64,000 nt of DNA from Nanobdellota archaeon (GTDB lineage Archaea; Nanobdellota; Nanobdellia; SCGC-AAA011-G17; JAFCDX01), in assembly GCA_040753775.1 (NCBI GenBank), contig JBFMDT010000001.1, forward strand, positions 58,584 to 122,583, given 5' to 3'. The notes beneath the pieces were generated by a model. The model was not told the DNA's origin, made no database searches, and saw only the letters and a list, made by a program, of their open reading frames with translations. Positions 27,537-35,371 of the stretch are shown here, piece after piece. The translations under genes were made by a program, and so were the position numbers. Within the stretch, counting starts at the first letter, position 1. Each line of letters opens with the position of its first letter.

Positions 27537-29336
27537 ATGTCAAAAGAGGAAACCTATGTTGTTGATACTTCAGTTGTAATAGAACGTATTGTTTCTAAAC
27601 TGATTAAAAACAAGGAAATAAAAGGTACTATTCTTGTTCCGCATGCAGTTCTTGCAGAGCTGGAGCACCAGGCAAATGAAAGAAAGGAAATAGGCTTTCT
27701 TGGCTTGGAAGAGCTGCAAAACCTGCAAAAGTTGGCAAAGGATGGAAAAATAGAGCTTAAGTTTATTGGGACAAGACCAAACTTATATCAAAGGATTTAT
27801 GCAAAAAGCGGCGGTGAAATAGACGCCTTGATAAGGGACCTAGCTTATGCAGAAGATGCAACCTTGATTACAGCAGACACAATACAAGCAGAATCAGCCA
27901 AAGCCCTCAATGTAAAAGTTCTATATTTTGAATTAAAAAAGTCAATAGGCAAATTAGAGATAGAAAAGTTTTTTGACAATACAACAATGTCTGTTCACCT
28001 AAAAGAAGATTGTTTTGTTAGGGGCAAGAAGGGTGGACCTGGAAACTGGCAGTTAGTTGATGTAAGCGATAAAAAATTGACATCTGAGGAAATTGAAGCA
28101 ATGGCAAAGGACATAGTTGAAAAAACAAGATTAGATCCACATTCTTTTATAGAAATCTCAAGAAAAGGCTCAACAATAGTCCAATATAAAAATTACAGGA
28201 TCGTTATTGTCCACCCTCCAGTGTCAGATGGAATTGAAATAACAGCTGTCAGGCCATTAAAAGTCTTAAACTTGGACGATTACAATTTAAAAGAAGAATT
28301 ATTTACAAGGTTAAGAGATAAAGCAAGGGGTGTTGTAATTGCTGGAGAAACTGGAAGTGGTAAAAGTACGTTTGCCCAAGCCCTTGCCGAATTTTATTCA
28401 AAGCTTAAAAAAGTTACAAAAACAATAGAAAGCCCGAGGGACTTAGTTTTGTCAGATGAAATTACGCAATATTCTAAAAATCTTGCATCCTCAACAGAAA
28501 TCCATGACATCCTGTTCTTGTCAAGGCCTGATTATACAATATTTGATGAGATGAGGGACACCCCTGACTTTGAGCTTTATACAGATCTGCGTTTGGGTGG
28601 GGGGAATGTCGTTGGTGTATTGCATGCAGCTGCTCCAATAGATGCTGTGCAAAGGTTCATAGGAAGAATAGAAACAGGAATGATACCATCTGTGCTTGAT
28701 ACCTTATTATTTATCGAAAAAGGTTACATAAACAAAGTTTTAACTCTAAAGATGGTTGTAAAAGTTCCATCAGGCATGACAGAAGCTGATTTGGCAAGAC
28801 CTGTAGTTGAAGTTCGTGATTTTAATACAAATAACTTGGAATTTGAAATATACAGTTATGGTGAAGAAACAGTTGTAGTTCCAGTAACCCGAGAATTAAC
28901 ACCAACATCCCAATTAGCCTCAAAAGCAATAGAAAAAGAATTCCTTAACTACTCAAACAATGTTAAAATAGACCTCTTGTCAGGCAATAAGGCAGTAGTT
29001 TATGTCCCTGAAAAAGATATAGCAACTATTATAGGCAAGAAAGGCAAGAACATAGAAAAGATAGAAAAAAGGTTGGGATTGCATTTAGAAATAAGGGAGC
29101 TAAAAGAAGAAAAGAATGAGATAAAATTTGAAGCAGAAGAAATAAAAAAGCATATTATCCTAAAGGTTCAGCCGTATTTGGCAAGGAGATTAGCGGATAT
29201 TTACGTTGATGATGAGTTTTGGCTCTCAGCAACAGTAAGCGACAAGGGCGAGATAAAAATAAATAAAAAAAGCAAGATGGGAAAAGACATATCAAAGGCA
29301 ATAAACTCAAATAAAAGCATTAGTATTAAAGCATAA
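27537..29336 (+). CDS. PIN-domain/PilT-like ATPase/KH-domain protein (conserved archaeal COG1855-type)
   Basis: N-terminal PIN acidic residues, central Walker A (GETGSGKST), C-terminal KH-like region (IIGKKGKNIEKIEKRLG). Confidence 0.8.
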   Translation: MSKEETYVVDTSVVIERIVSKLIKNKEIKGTILVPHAVLAELEHQANERKEIGFLGLEELQNLQKLAKDGKIELKFIGTRPNLYQRIYAKSGGEIDALIRDLAYAEDATLITADTIQAESAKALNVKVLYFELKKSIGKLEIEKFFDNTTMSVHLKEDCFVRGKKGGPGNWQLVDVSDKKLTSEEIEAMAKDIVEKTRLDPHSFIEISRKGSTIVQYKNYRIVIVHPPVSDGIEITAVRPLKVLNLDDYNLKEELFTRLRDKARGVVIAGETGSGKSTFAQALAEFYSKLKKVTKTIESPRDLVLSDEITQYSKNLASSTEIHDILFLSRPDYTIFDEMRDTPDFELYTDLRLGGGNVVGVLHAAAPIDAVQRFIGRIETGMIPSVLDTLLFIEKGYINKVLTLKMVVKVPSGMTEADLARPVVEVRDFNTNNLEFEIYSYGEETVVVPVTRELTPTSQLASKAIEKEFLNYSNNVKIDLLSGNKAVVYVPEKDIATIIGKKGKNIEKIEKRLGLHLEIRELKEEKNEIKFEAEEIKKHIILKVQPYLARRLADIYVDDEFWLSATVSDKGEIKINKKSKMGKDISKAINSNKSISIKA

Positions 29337-29337
29337 T

Positions 29338-31788
29338 ATGAAAAACACAATTTTAATTATTTTTGTTATGTTCGCTTTCTTGATTGTACTATCCTTCTTC
29401 GGCCTGTTCAAGCCTACTGGCCTTGTATCTTATAAGCAGGTAGAAATAGAGAAGCAAGCAGAAAATGAAATAAACAATCTTGGGGAAGCAAGAATAATAA
29501 TTGAATTAAAAGATGAAAAAATAAGTACATTAGCAGAGCCTGAATTCAAAGAAAAGCATAAATTCAAAAAAAGAATTGCCGGCAATCTTACAAAAAAAGG
29601 GCTTTCAAAAATAAAAAATAATCCAAATATAGAAAAAATTTATTTTGACCAGGTGTTGTATGTAATGCTTCCGGATTCTGTGCCGTTAGTACAGGCCTCA
29701 AATGCGCATTCCTTAATTGTTAAAAATAATCTAACAGGAGAAGGCGAATCAATTTGTTTAGTAGATACTGGAGTCAATTATCTGCATCAAGATTTGGGCG
29801 GTTGTTTTGGTACTAATTGCAAGGTTGTATATGGCTATGATTTTGTAAATAGTGACAATGACCCAATGGACGATAATGGTCATGGAACTCATGTTGCAGG
29901 GATACTGGCAGCCAATGGTAATTTAAAGGGCGTTGCACCAGATGCCAAGATAATTGCAATGAAAGTCTGCAACAGTGCTGGCTCATGCTACTCTTCTGAT
30001 GTCCTAGCTGCAATAGATTCGTGTGTAAGCAATAAAAACTTATACAATATTTCTGCAATAAGTATAAGCCTCGGAGGTGGTTTGTATTCCAGCTACTGTG
30101 ACGATTCTTATCCCTTATTTAGCAGCTCAATAAATAATGCAGTATTAAACAATATATCAGTAGTAATATCAGCAGGCAACTCTGGCAGCACTTCCCAAAT
30201 AGCAGTTCCTTCTTGTATAAAAAATGCAATAGCAACATCAGCCACAACAAAGCAGGACCAGATAGCATCCTACAGCAATACAAACAACATAACAGATTTG
30301 CTTGCCCCAGGCTCAAGTATATACTCAACAGCAGGGCCATGCTTAAGCGGATGTAGCTGTTCTGGAAATTACATGACATGCTCAGGGACATCAATGGCAA
30401 CTCCCCATGTTGCTGCATCAATAGCCATCTTAAACCAATACTACAAAGAGGAATACAACAAAGAGATTACATTAATTGAAGCAGAATCAGCATTAAAGAG
30501 CTCAGGTAAATTAATCAATCAGCAGCTAAACCTAAGCAGGATAAATATATATAACACGATTATTGCACTCGATAAAGCTCCACCAGCAGTTTCATTATAT
30601 ATAAGCCAAAATGAAATAACTTATCAGGATAATGTTAATACAACAATAAACTTTTCAGCATCAGACACAACTTTGATGAATTACAAATTAAACATAACTT
30701 ATCCTAACTCAAGTCTGCTTGGAACTTTCACAAATAACCTGACTTTAACAAAAGAAAATCTGACTGAAAAAGGAAATTACACAATCATCTTGTCCGCCTC
30801 TGACCTGAACAACAATTCTGCAATAATCTCTTCAGGCATATTGGTTAAAAACAGCTCAATTCCATCAGTTAGCTTGCTACACCCTGAAGATGATTCAATA
30901 ATAACAACAAGCAATGTTTCACTCTCATGCGCTGCAGCAGACGATTCAGCTTTATCATCAATAAGCCTTTACACAAATATAACTGGAAGCTTTGCTCAAG
31001 CCCAAATAGTTAATGTAACAGGAACAAATAAAACAATGATTTTTGAGATGAATTTAAGCAATATGTCATTTATCTGGAACTGCTTAGCTGTTAATGATAA
31101 AAATAATTCAGCATATGCTTCAAAAAATTATACATTAACAGTAATAATTAACAGCCAGCCATCAATAGACTTTTTTATTCCAGAAAACACTGTAATAACA
31201 ATAAACGAAAATAGTTCCCAACTCCTTTCAATTCTTGCCTCAGACCAGGATAACAACACATTAGACTATGCATGGTACCTTGACAATAATAAAGTAAACT
31301 CTGAAAAAAATTATACCTATTATGCAGACTTTAATTCAGCTGGCACACATAACATAACAGCAATAGTATCTGACTTTTTATCGCAAGACTCAAGAGCCTG
31401 GAATGTAACAGTTAATGACATTCAAGAAACCCCAACCACCCCATCCTCAGGAGGAGGCGGAGGAGGCGGGGGTGGCTCTAGCAAAAATGAGGAAAGCAGT
31501 GAGGAATTAAAAATTACATCAGAAGAATCAAAAACTAAAAGCATTGTTACAACAGCAGCAATTAAAGAAACATGCAATGATGGAATCAAGAACCAGGATG
31601 AAACTGGAATAGACTGTGGTGGAATATGTGAAGAATGTATAATCGACAAAGTTGAGCTTCCTACAGGCATGAGTGTTTACATAGGAAAGGTATTTGGGAA
31701 TATTAATTACAATGTTATTTTGCTTTTGATTCTATTTTTTGCTTTAATAGTCTTAAGGCACAAAAAGCCGCTTAAAAAACAAAAGTAA
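29338..31788 (+). CDS. subtilisin-like serine protease with C-terminal repeat module, poly-Gly linker, Cys-rich knob and TM anchor
   Basis: Catalytic triad contexts DTGV, HGTHVAG, GTSMATPHV; C-terminal W-x-VTVNDI module, G9 linker, then a TM helix plus KKQK tail. Confidence 0.85.
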   Translation: MKNTILIIFVMFAFLIVLSFFGLFKPTGLVSYKQVEIEKQAENEINNLGEARIIIELKDEKISTLAEPEFKEKHKFKKRIAGNLTKKGLSKIKNNPNIEKIYFDQVLYVMLPDSVPLVQASNAHSLIVKNNLTGEGESICLVDTGVNYLHQDLGGCFGTNCKVVYGYDFVNSDNDPMDDNGHGTHVAGILAANGNLKGVAPDAKIIAMKVCNSAGSCYSSDVLAAIDSCVSNKNLYNISAISISLGGGLYSSYCDDSYPLFSSSINNAVLNNISVVISAGNSGSTSQIAVPSCIKNAIATSATTKQDQIASYSNTNNITDLLAPGSSIYSTAGPCLSGCSCSGNYMTCSGTSMATPHVAASIAILNQYYKEEYNKEITLIEAESALKSSGKLINQQLNLSRINIYNTIIALDKAPPAVSLYISQNEITYQDNVNTTINFSASDTTLMNYKLNITYPNSSLLGTFTNNLTLTKENLTEKGNYTIILSASDLNNNSAIISSGILVKNSSIPSVSLLHPEDDSIITTSNVSLSCAAADDSALSSISLYTNITGSFAQAQIVNVTGTNKTMIFEMNLSNMSFIWNCLAVNDKNNSAYASKNYTLTVIINSQPSIDFFIPENTVITINENSSQLLSILASDQDNNTLDYAWYLDNNKVNSEKNYTYYADFNSAGTHNITAIVSDFLSQDSRAWNVTVNDIQETPTTPSSGGGGGGGGGSSKNEESSEELKITSEESKTKSIVTTAAIKETCNDGIKNQDETGIDCGGICEECIIDKVELPTGMSVYIGKVFGNINYNVILLLILFFALIVLRHKKPLKKQK

Positions 31789-31821
31789 GTTATTTAAACT
31801 AAAATTTATACCTTATCTTGT

Positions 31822-32001
31822 GGGCCCGTAGCGCAGCCTGGAAATCAAAAAGATTAGGCAAATAGCGTAACAGGTTCCTAAGTCTTTGATGATTAACGAC
31901 AATTTGCCTTGATGGCAGAAAGAGAATTATCTAAGGCTGAAAGACCTGTCGGTCGTGGGAGGTTCTTAAAGAATCCACGAATTCAAATCCCATCGGGCCC
32001 G
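31822..32001 (+). tRNA. tRNA-Arg(CCT) interrupted by three introns (D-loop ~21 nt, canonical 37/38 ~63 nt, T-arm ~22 nt)
   Basis: 5' exon GGGCCCGTAGCGCAGCCTGG is a textbook archaeal tRNA 5' end; 3' end TTCAAATCCCATCGGGCCCG completes a 7-bp acceptor stem and T-arm. Pairing partners for the D-stem (GCGC/GCGT), anticodon stem (ACAGG/CCTGT, loop TTCCTAA) and T-stem (GTGGG/CCCAT) are only found if three inserts are removed. Confidence 0.7.
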
Positions 32002-32020
32002 CTTATTTAAAGAATTGAAT

Positions 32021-32509
32021 TTATTTTGCATCAGGATAATTATTGGGATTAGTCAATCTTTTTACATAAAGTGCATAATTTTTATAAAGAAATTCCAGTT
32101 CACCATCAGTAGTTATGTAATTCCCAACAACTCCGTCGCTCAACCTTATGTTGCTTAATTTGTCTGTCCTCAAAGCAACATATAAAGCTGTATCAGAGGC
32201 TGGTCCTATTGTAAGCTCTATGGTCCCAAGCTTTATAGTAACTCCAGATTTTAGATCATTCACTATCAATTCCTTGGGCATATACCCTAAATTAATATCA
32301 CTTCCTTTGCCAAGAGATAGTTTTACAGGCCCAGTTATTTTTGGCCCTTCAACTACTTTTTGTTGCTCAGCAGACTTATCTTCTGCAACATTAGAAACGT
32401 TCTTAACAACATAGGCTGTGGGTGTACCAGTATTCATGAAGACAGTTGCTAAAATAGCTCCAGCTACAATTACACCCAATATAACCAAAATAATAATCCC
32501 TTTATTCAT
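32021..32509 (-). CDS. hypothetical N-terminally anchored secreted protein
   Basis: N-terminal TM/signal anchor; no family recognised. Confidence 0.35.
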   Translation of the reverse strand: MNKGIIILVILGVIVAGAILATVFMNTGTPTAYVVKNVSNVAEDKSAEQQKVVEGPKITGPVKLSLGKGSDINLGYMPKELIVNDLKSGVTIKLGTIELTIGPASDTALYVALRTDKLSNIRLSDGVVGNYITTDGELEFLYKNYALYVKRLTNPNNYPDAK

Positions 32510-32541
32510 ACAAAAAGAATAATACCTAAAAATATATAAAC

Positions 32542-33261
32542 CTATCTAAACCATCCCAAAATCCAGTTGAGTAATCTTCTAAAAAATCCTTCTTTAACTT
32601 CCTTTATTTCAGTAACCTCACTTGTATTAGTCGCTTGTTTTTGCACTTGTTCGCTTGGGTTTGGATTAAGCTTGCTCGCATCGCAATCTGAATCATCCGG
32701 GTAATAGCAATTGCTTGGGCAGCATTTGTCATTTACAACGCATTCTGTAATTGGTGTTTGTGTGCATTTCTTTGGCTTGCCCTCGCACTTATAGCTTATG
32801 CAAAAATCCCTGTTAGGAATATTCCAACATTCCTCACTGTCACTACATTCATTCAACATGCATTTACTATCAACACAGCTGTAATTTTTCTCGCAACCGC
32901 AATCTGCACAGCAATTTTCTTTTGTTTCAGTCCCATCGCAATTTCCATCTCCACATTCCCCAAAAGCGACGCCTTCAACAGTGGTCAACGCCTCTAACAA
33001 TAACTTTGTGCTCCTTGATTCAACTTCCCCTGTATAAAATATTTCAACAACACTGATCTTTACGCCACTAATATCCTTATTTCCATAAAGCGGAACAATG
33101 TCCTTTACTCCATCAACACTAACAACTACATTCATCTGCCCTATATTAACAACAATAACTTTATGGCCAGAAACAGTTGTTGAGCTGCCTTGGTTATAAG
33201 TCTCTTGTGCAAATACAGCTATAGAAAGTAGGATAATAAAGAATACATAGAATTTTTTCAT
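32542..33261 (-). CDS. Cys-rich secreted protein, hypothetical
   Basis: Probable start at MKKFYVFF (the track ORF extends to 33333 and overlaps the GT gene); signal peptide; more than 25 Cys in CxxC/CC patterns. Confidence 0.4.
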   Translation of the reverse strand: MKKFYVFFIILLSIAVFAQETYNQGSSTTVSGHKVIVVNIGQMNVVVSVDGVKDIVPLYGNKDISGVKISVVEIFYTGEVESRSTKLLLEALTTVEGVAFGECGDGNCDGTETKENCCADCGCEKNYSCVDSKCMLNECSDSEECWNIPNRDFCISYKCEGKPKKCTQTPITECVVNDKCCPSNCYYPDDSDCDASKLNPNPSEQVQKQATNTSEVTEIKEVKEGFFRRLLNWILGWFR

Positions 33262-33281
33262 AAGATATAAAGTCCTTATTT

Positions 33282-34373
33282 TTATATAAATCTTTTGAAT
33301 TCCTTCATTAGGCCTTTTGCAGTGTAGCCCCAATTTAATTTAGCCACGGACCTTCTTGCATTCTTTCCAAGCTTTGCCCTAAGTTTCTTATTTTTTATTA
33401 GTTTGATTAAAATCTTAGCTAAATAACTGGAACTTTTTTTTGGAATAAAATACCCATTGAACCCATCTTTTATGTAATGCATCATATAGCCAACCTTAGT
33501 GCACAATATTGGCAAGCCGCACCTCATTGCCTCAAGAGTTGCCAAGCTGCTTGTCTCAGTCAGGCTAGGCATAACAAATATATCCATTGCCTGCAAATAT
33601 TTAACAATGTCTTTTGCATTTTTAACTAATTTTATTCTTTTGTTCTTGATAAATAATTTTCTGTAAGGTCCATCCCCAACAATCAACAAGAATTTTTTTT
33701 CGTATTTTAATTTATTGAACGCCTTTAGCAGAGTCTCTAAGTTTTTTTCTCTGCTTAATCTTCCGCAGTATCCTATAACTATCTTATCATCTAAATTAAA
33801 TTTCTTTTTTGTATTTCCTGGGATAAACTCTTTTGATAAGCCAAGCTTAACTACTTTTGTCTTTGCTTTTATTTTGTTTCTTTTTAGTTTTTGCGCAACA
33901 TCATCTGAAGCAACCAATATTAAGCTACATTTGTTATAAATAAGCCTAGCAAGTTTTTTTGTTGTCGTTTTTATCCTCTTTTTGAATAAACTTGGTATGT
34001 AAACAGCCTCTGGAAAGAGCTCCCACTCTATTGAATGTGCATAAGAAATAACTGGCTTTTTTATTTTATTTGCATATAAAACTGTAAGAACACCAATTGG
34101 CCCAGGGGTCTGATTGAATATCAAATCTGTATCTTCGACAAATTTTTTAATCAGGCCTAAGTTAGGTTTAGCTGGCCTATAACCACTAATCCTAAACCTT
34201 GCTAAAGAAAATTTTATTAGTTTTATTCCTTTGTATTTAACTCCGCCATAATTTGGTGCGATAACAGTAATTTTGTAATATTTTCTCAGCCTCGGTATAA
34301 CCTCATCAAGAAACCTGGCTACCCCATCCCACCTAGGCAAAAATGAATCCGTTGTTATAAGAAGTTTTTTCAT
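33282..34373 (-). CDS. glycosyltransferase family 4 (GT-B, group 1)
   Basis: C-terminal GT1/GT4 motif region (ETSSLATLEAMRCGLPIL). Confidence 0.8.
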   Translation of the reverse strand: MKKLLITTDSFLPRWDGVARFLDEVIPRLRKYYKITVIAPNYGGVKYKGIKLIKFSLARFRISGYRPAKPNLGLIKKFVEDTDLIFNQTPGPIGVLTVLYANKIKKPVISYAHSIEWELFPEAVYIPSLFKKRIKTTTKKLARLIYNKCSLILVASDDVAQKLKRNKIKAKTKVVKLGLSKEFIPGNTKKKFNLDDKIVIGYCGRLSREKNLETLLKAFNKLKYEKKFLLIVGDGPYRKLFIKNKRIKLVKNAKDIVKYLQAMDIFVMPSLTETSSLATLEAMRCGLPILCTKVGYMMHYIKDGFNGYFIPKKSSSYLAKILIKLIKNKKLRAKLGKNARRSVAKLNWGYTAKGLMKEFKRFI

Positions 34374-34374
34374 T

Positions 34375-35019
34375 TTAGTTCAGCTTGTAAAATCTCTCGG
34401 CATATTTGCAGTCTAAATGATCTCCATGCAGTTTTGCTCTTGTATAAATGCTTGGCATAAGCTGTAGTATGACATGCCTCTGGCTTTTAAATTCCTTCAA
34501 TGCCTTTATCTTAAGTTCAAAAGTATCGCTAACATCCACATACAACTTGGGGTTTTCAGATTCCTTAAGGTTTGTTATGTTCCACACATCAAACCCGTAA
34601 ATGTAAGTATCAAATTTCATCTCATTAATGCAGGAAATAACAGCTTCATTAACAGCAAGGTGATCTGGAAGTTTATCGCTTGGGCTATGTGTAAATATCT
34701 TTATTGGCCTGTATTTCCTAATTAATTTTTTGATATCATCTTTCACTTTCTCTACATTTTGCTTTATCTTTGAATCAGGTAAACCAAAAAAAATAATGTC
34801 TTTATAACCTAAGATTTTTGCTGCACTCTTTATCTCACTTACTCTTTTTTTAACTATGATCTCTTTTTTCAAATGGCTAATTTCACCATAAGAAAATATA
34901 ACTTCAATTATCCTTTTCTTTTCTTTTACATATTTTGCTAAAGTTGAACCTATCCCAATTATTGAGTCATCTGGATGAGCAACGAAGCATAAAATATTTT
35001 CTTTTTTCATCTTAATCAA
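34375..35019 (-). CDS. PIG-L/LmbE-family N-acetylglucosaminyl deacetylase
   Basis: AHPDDS motif near the N-terminus (CFVAHPDDSIIGIG). Confidence 0.8.
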   Translation of the reverse strand: MIKMKKENILCFVAHPDDSIIGIGSTLAKYVKEKKRIIEVIFSYGEISHLKKEIIVKKRVSEIKSAAKILGYKDIIFFGLPDSKIKQNVEKVKDDIKKLIRKYRPIKIFTHSPSDKLPDHLAVNEAVISCINEMKFDTYIYGFDVWNITNLKESENPKLYVDVSDTFELKIKALKEFKSQRHVILQLMPSIYTRAKLHGDHLDCKYAERFYKLN

Positions 35020-35031
35020 AGTGCGTCAGCT

Positions 35032-35118
35032 GGGATTTGAACCCAGATCCTCGCCTTGGAAGGGCGAGATATTGGCCCATTTCTGACTAGCCATTATACT
35101 ACTGACGCATAATCAAGA
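35032..35118 (-). tRNA. tRNA-Gly(TCC) with a ~14-nt insertion (probable intron) in the D-loop
   Basis: On the minus strand: acceptor GCGTCAG/CTGACGC, anticodon arm TCGCC-CTTCCAA-GGCGA, T-arm CTGGG-TTCAAAT-CCCAG all contiguous; the D-region (GTAT...23 nt...ATAT) is about 14 nt too long. Confidence 0.7.
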
Positions 35119-35149
35119 AAAAATTTGGTTGCTTATAAATATTCTCTTT

Positions 35150-35371
35150 TTATTCCTCAGCACACCCATTGCTAAAGCATCCGCCTGCGCATATTTTTAT
35201 ATCAATAGTATCGCAATTTCCATACTGGTAAACAAGCTTGAAATCATCTACGCACCTGTAGCCCATGTCGCATCTCTTTGTATTAAAAGTAAAATAGCCT
35301 GTTGGTGTAAATAAATTGATAAAAATAACTAATAAGATTATTCCAATTACAACATAAAATAATCTGTTCAT
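35150..35371 (-). CDS. small secreted Cys-rich protein
   Basis: Signal peptide; 7 Cys residues. Confidence 0.3.
   Translation of the reverse strand: MNRLFYVVIGIILLVIFINLFTPTGYFTFNTKRCDMGYRCVDDFKLVYQYGNCDTIDIKICAGGCFSNGCAEE

Noticed and set aside
32542-33333. Full-length track ORF overlapping the GT4 gene by 52 nt
   Set aside because: An internal ATG (MKKFYVFF) followed by a signal peptide is the more plausible start. The feature was trimmed to 33261.
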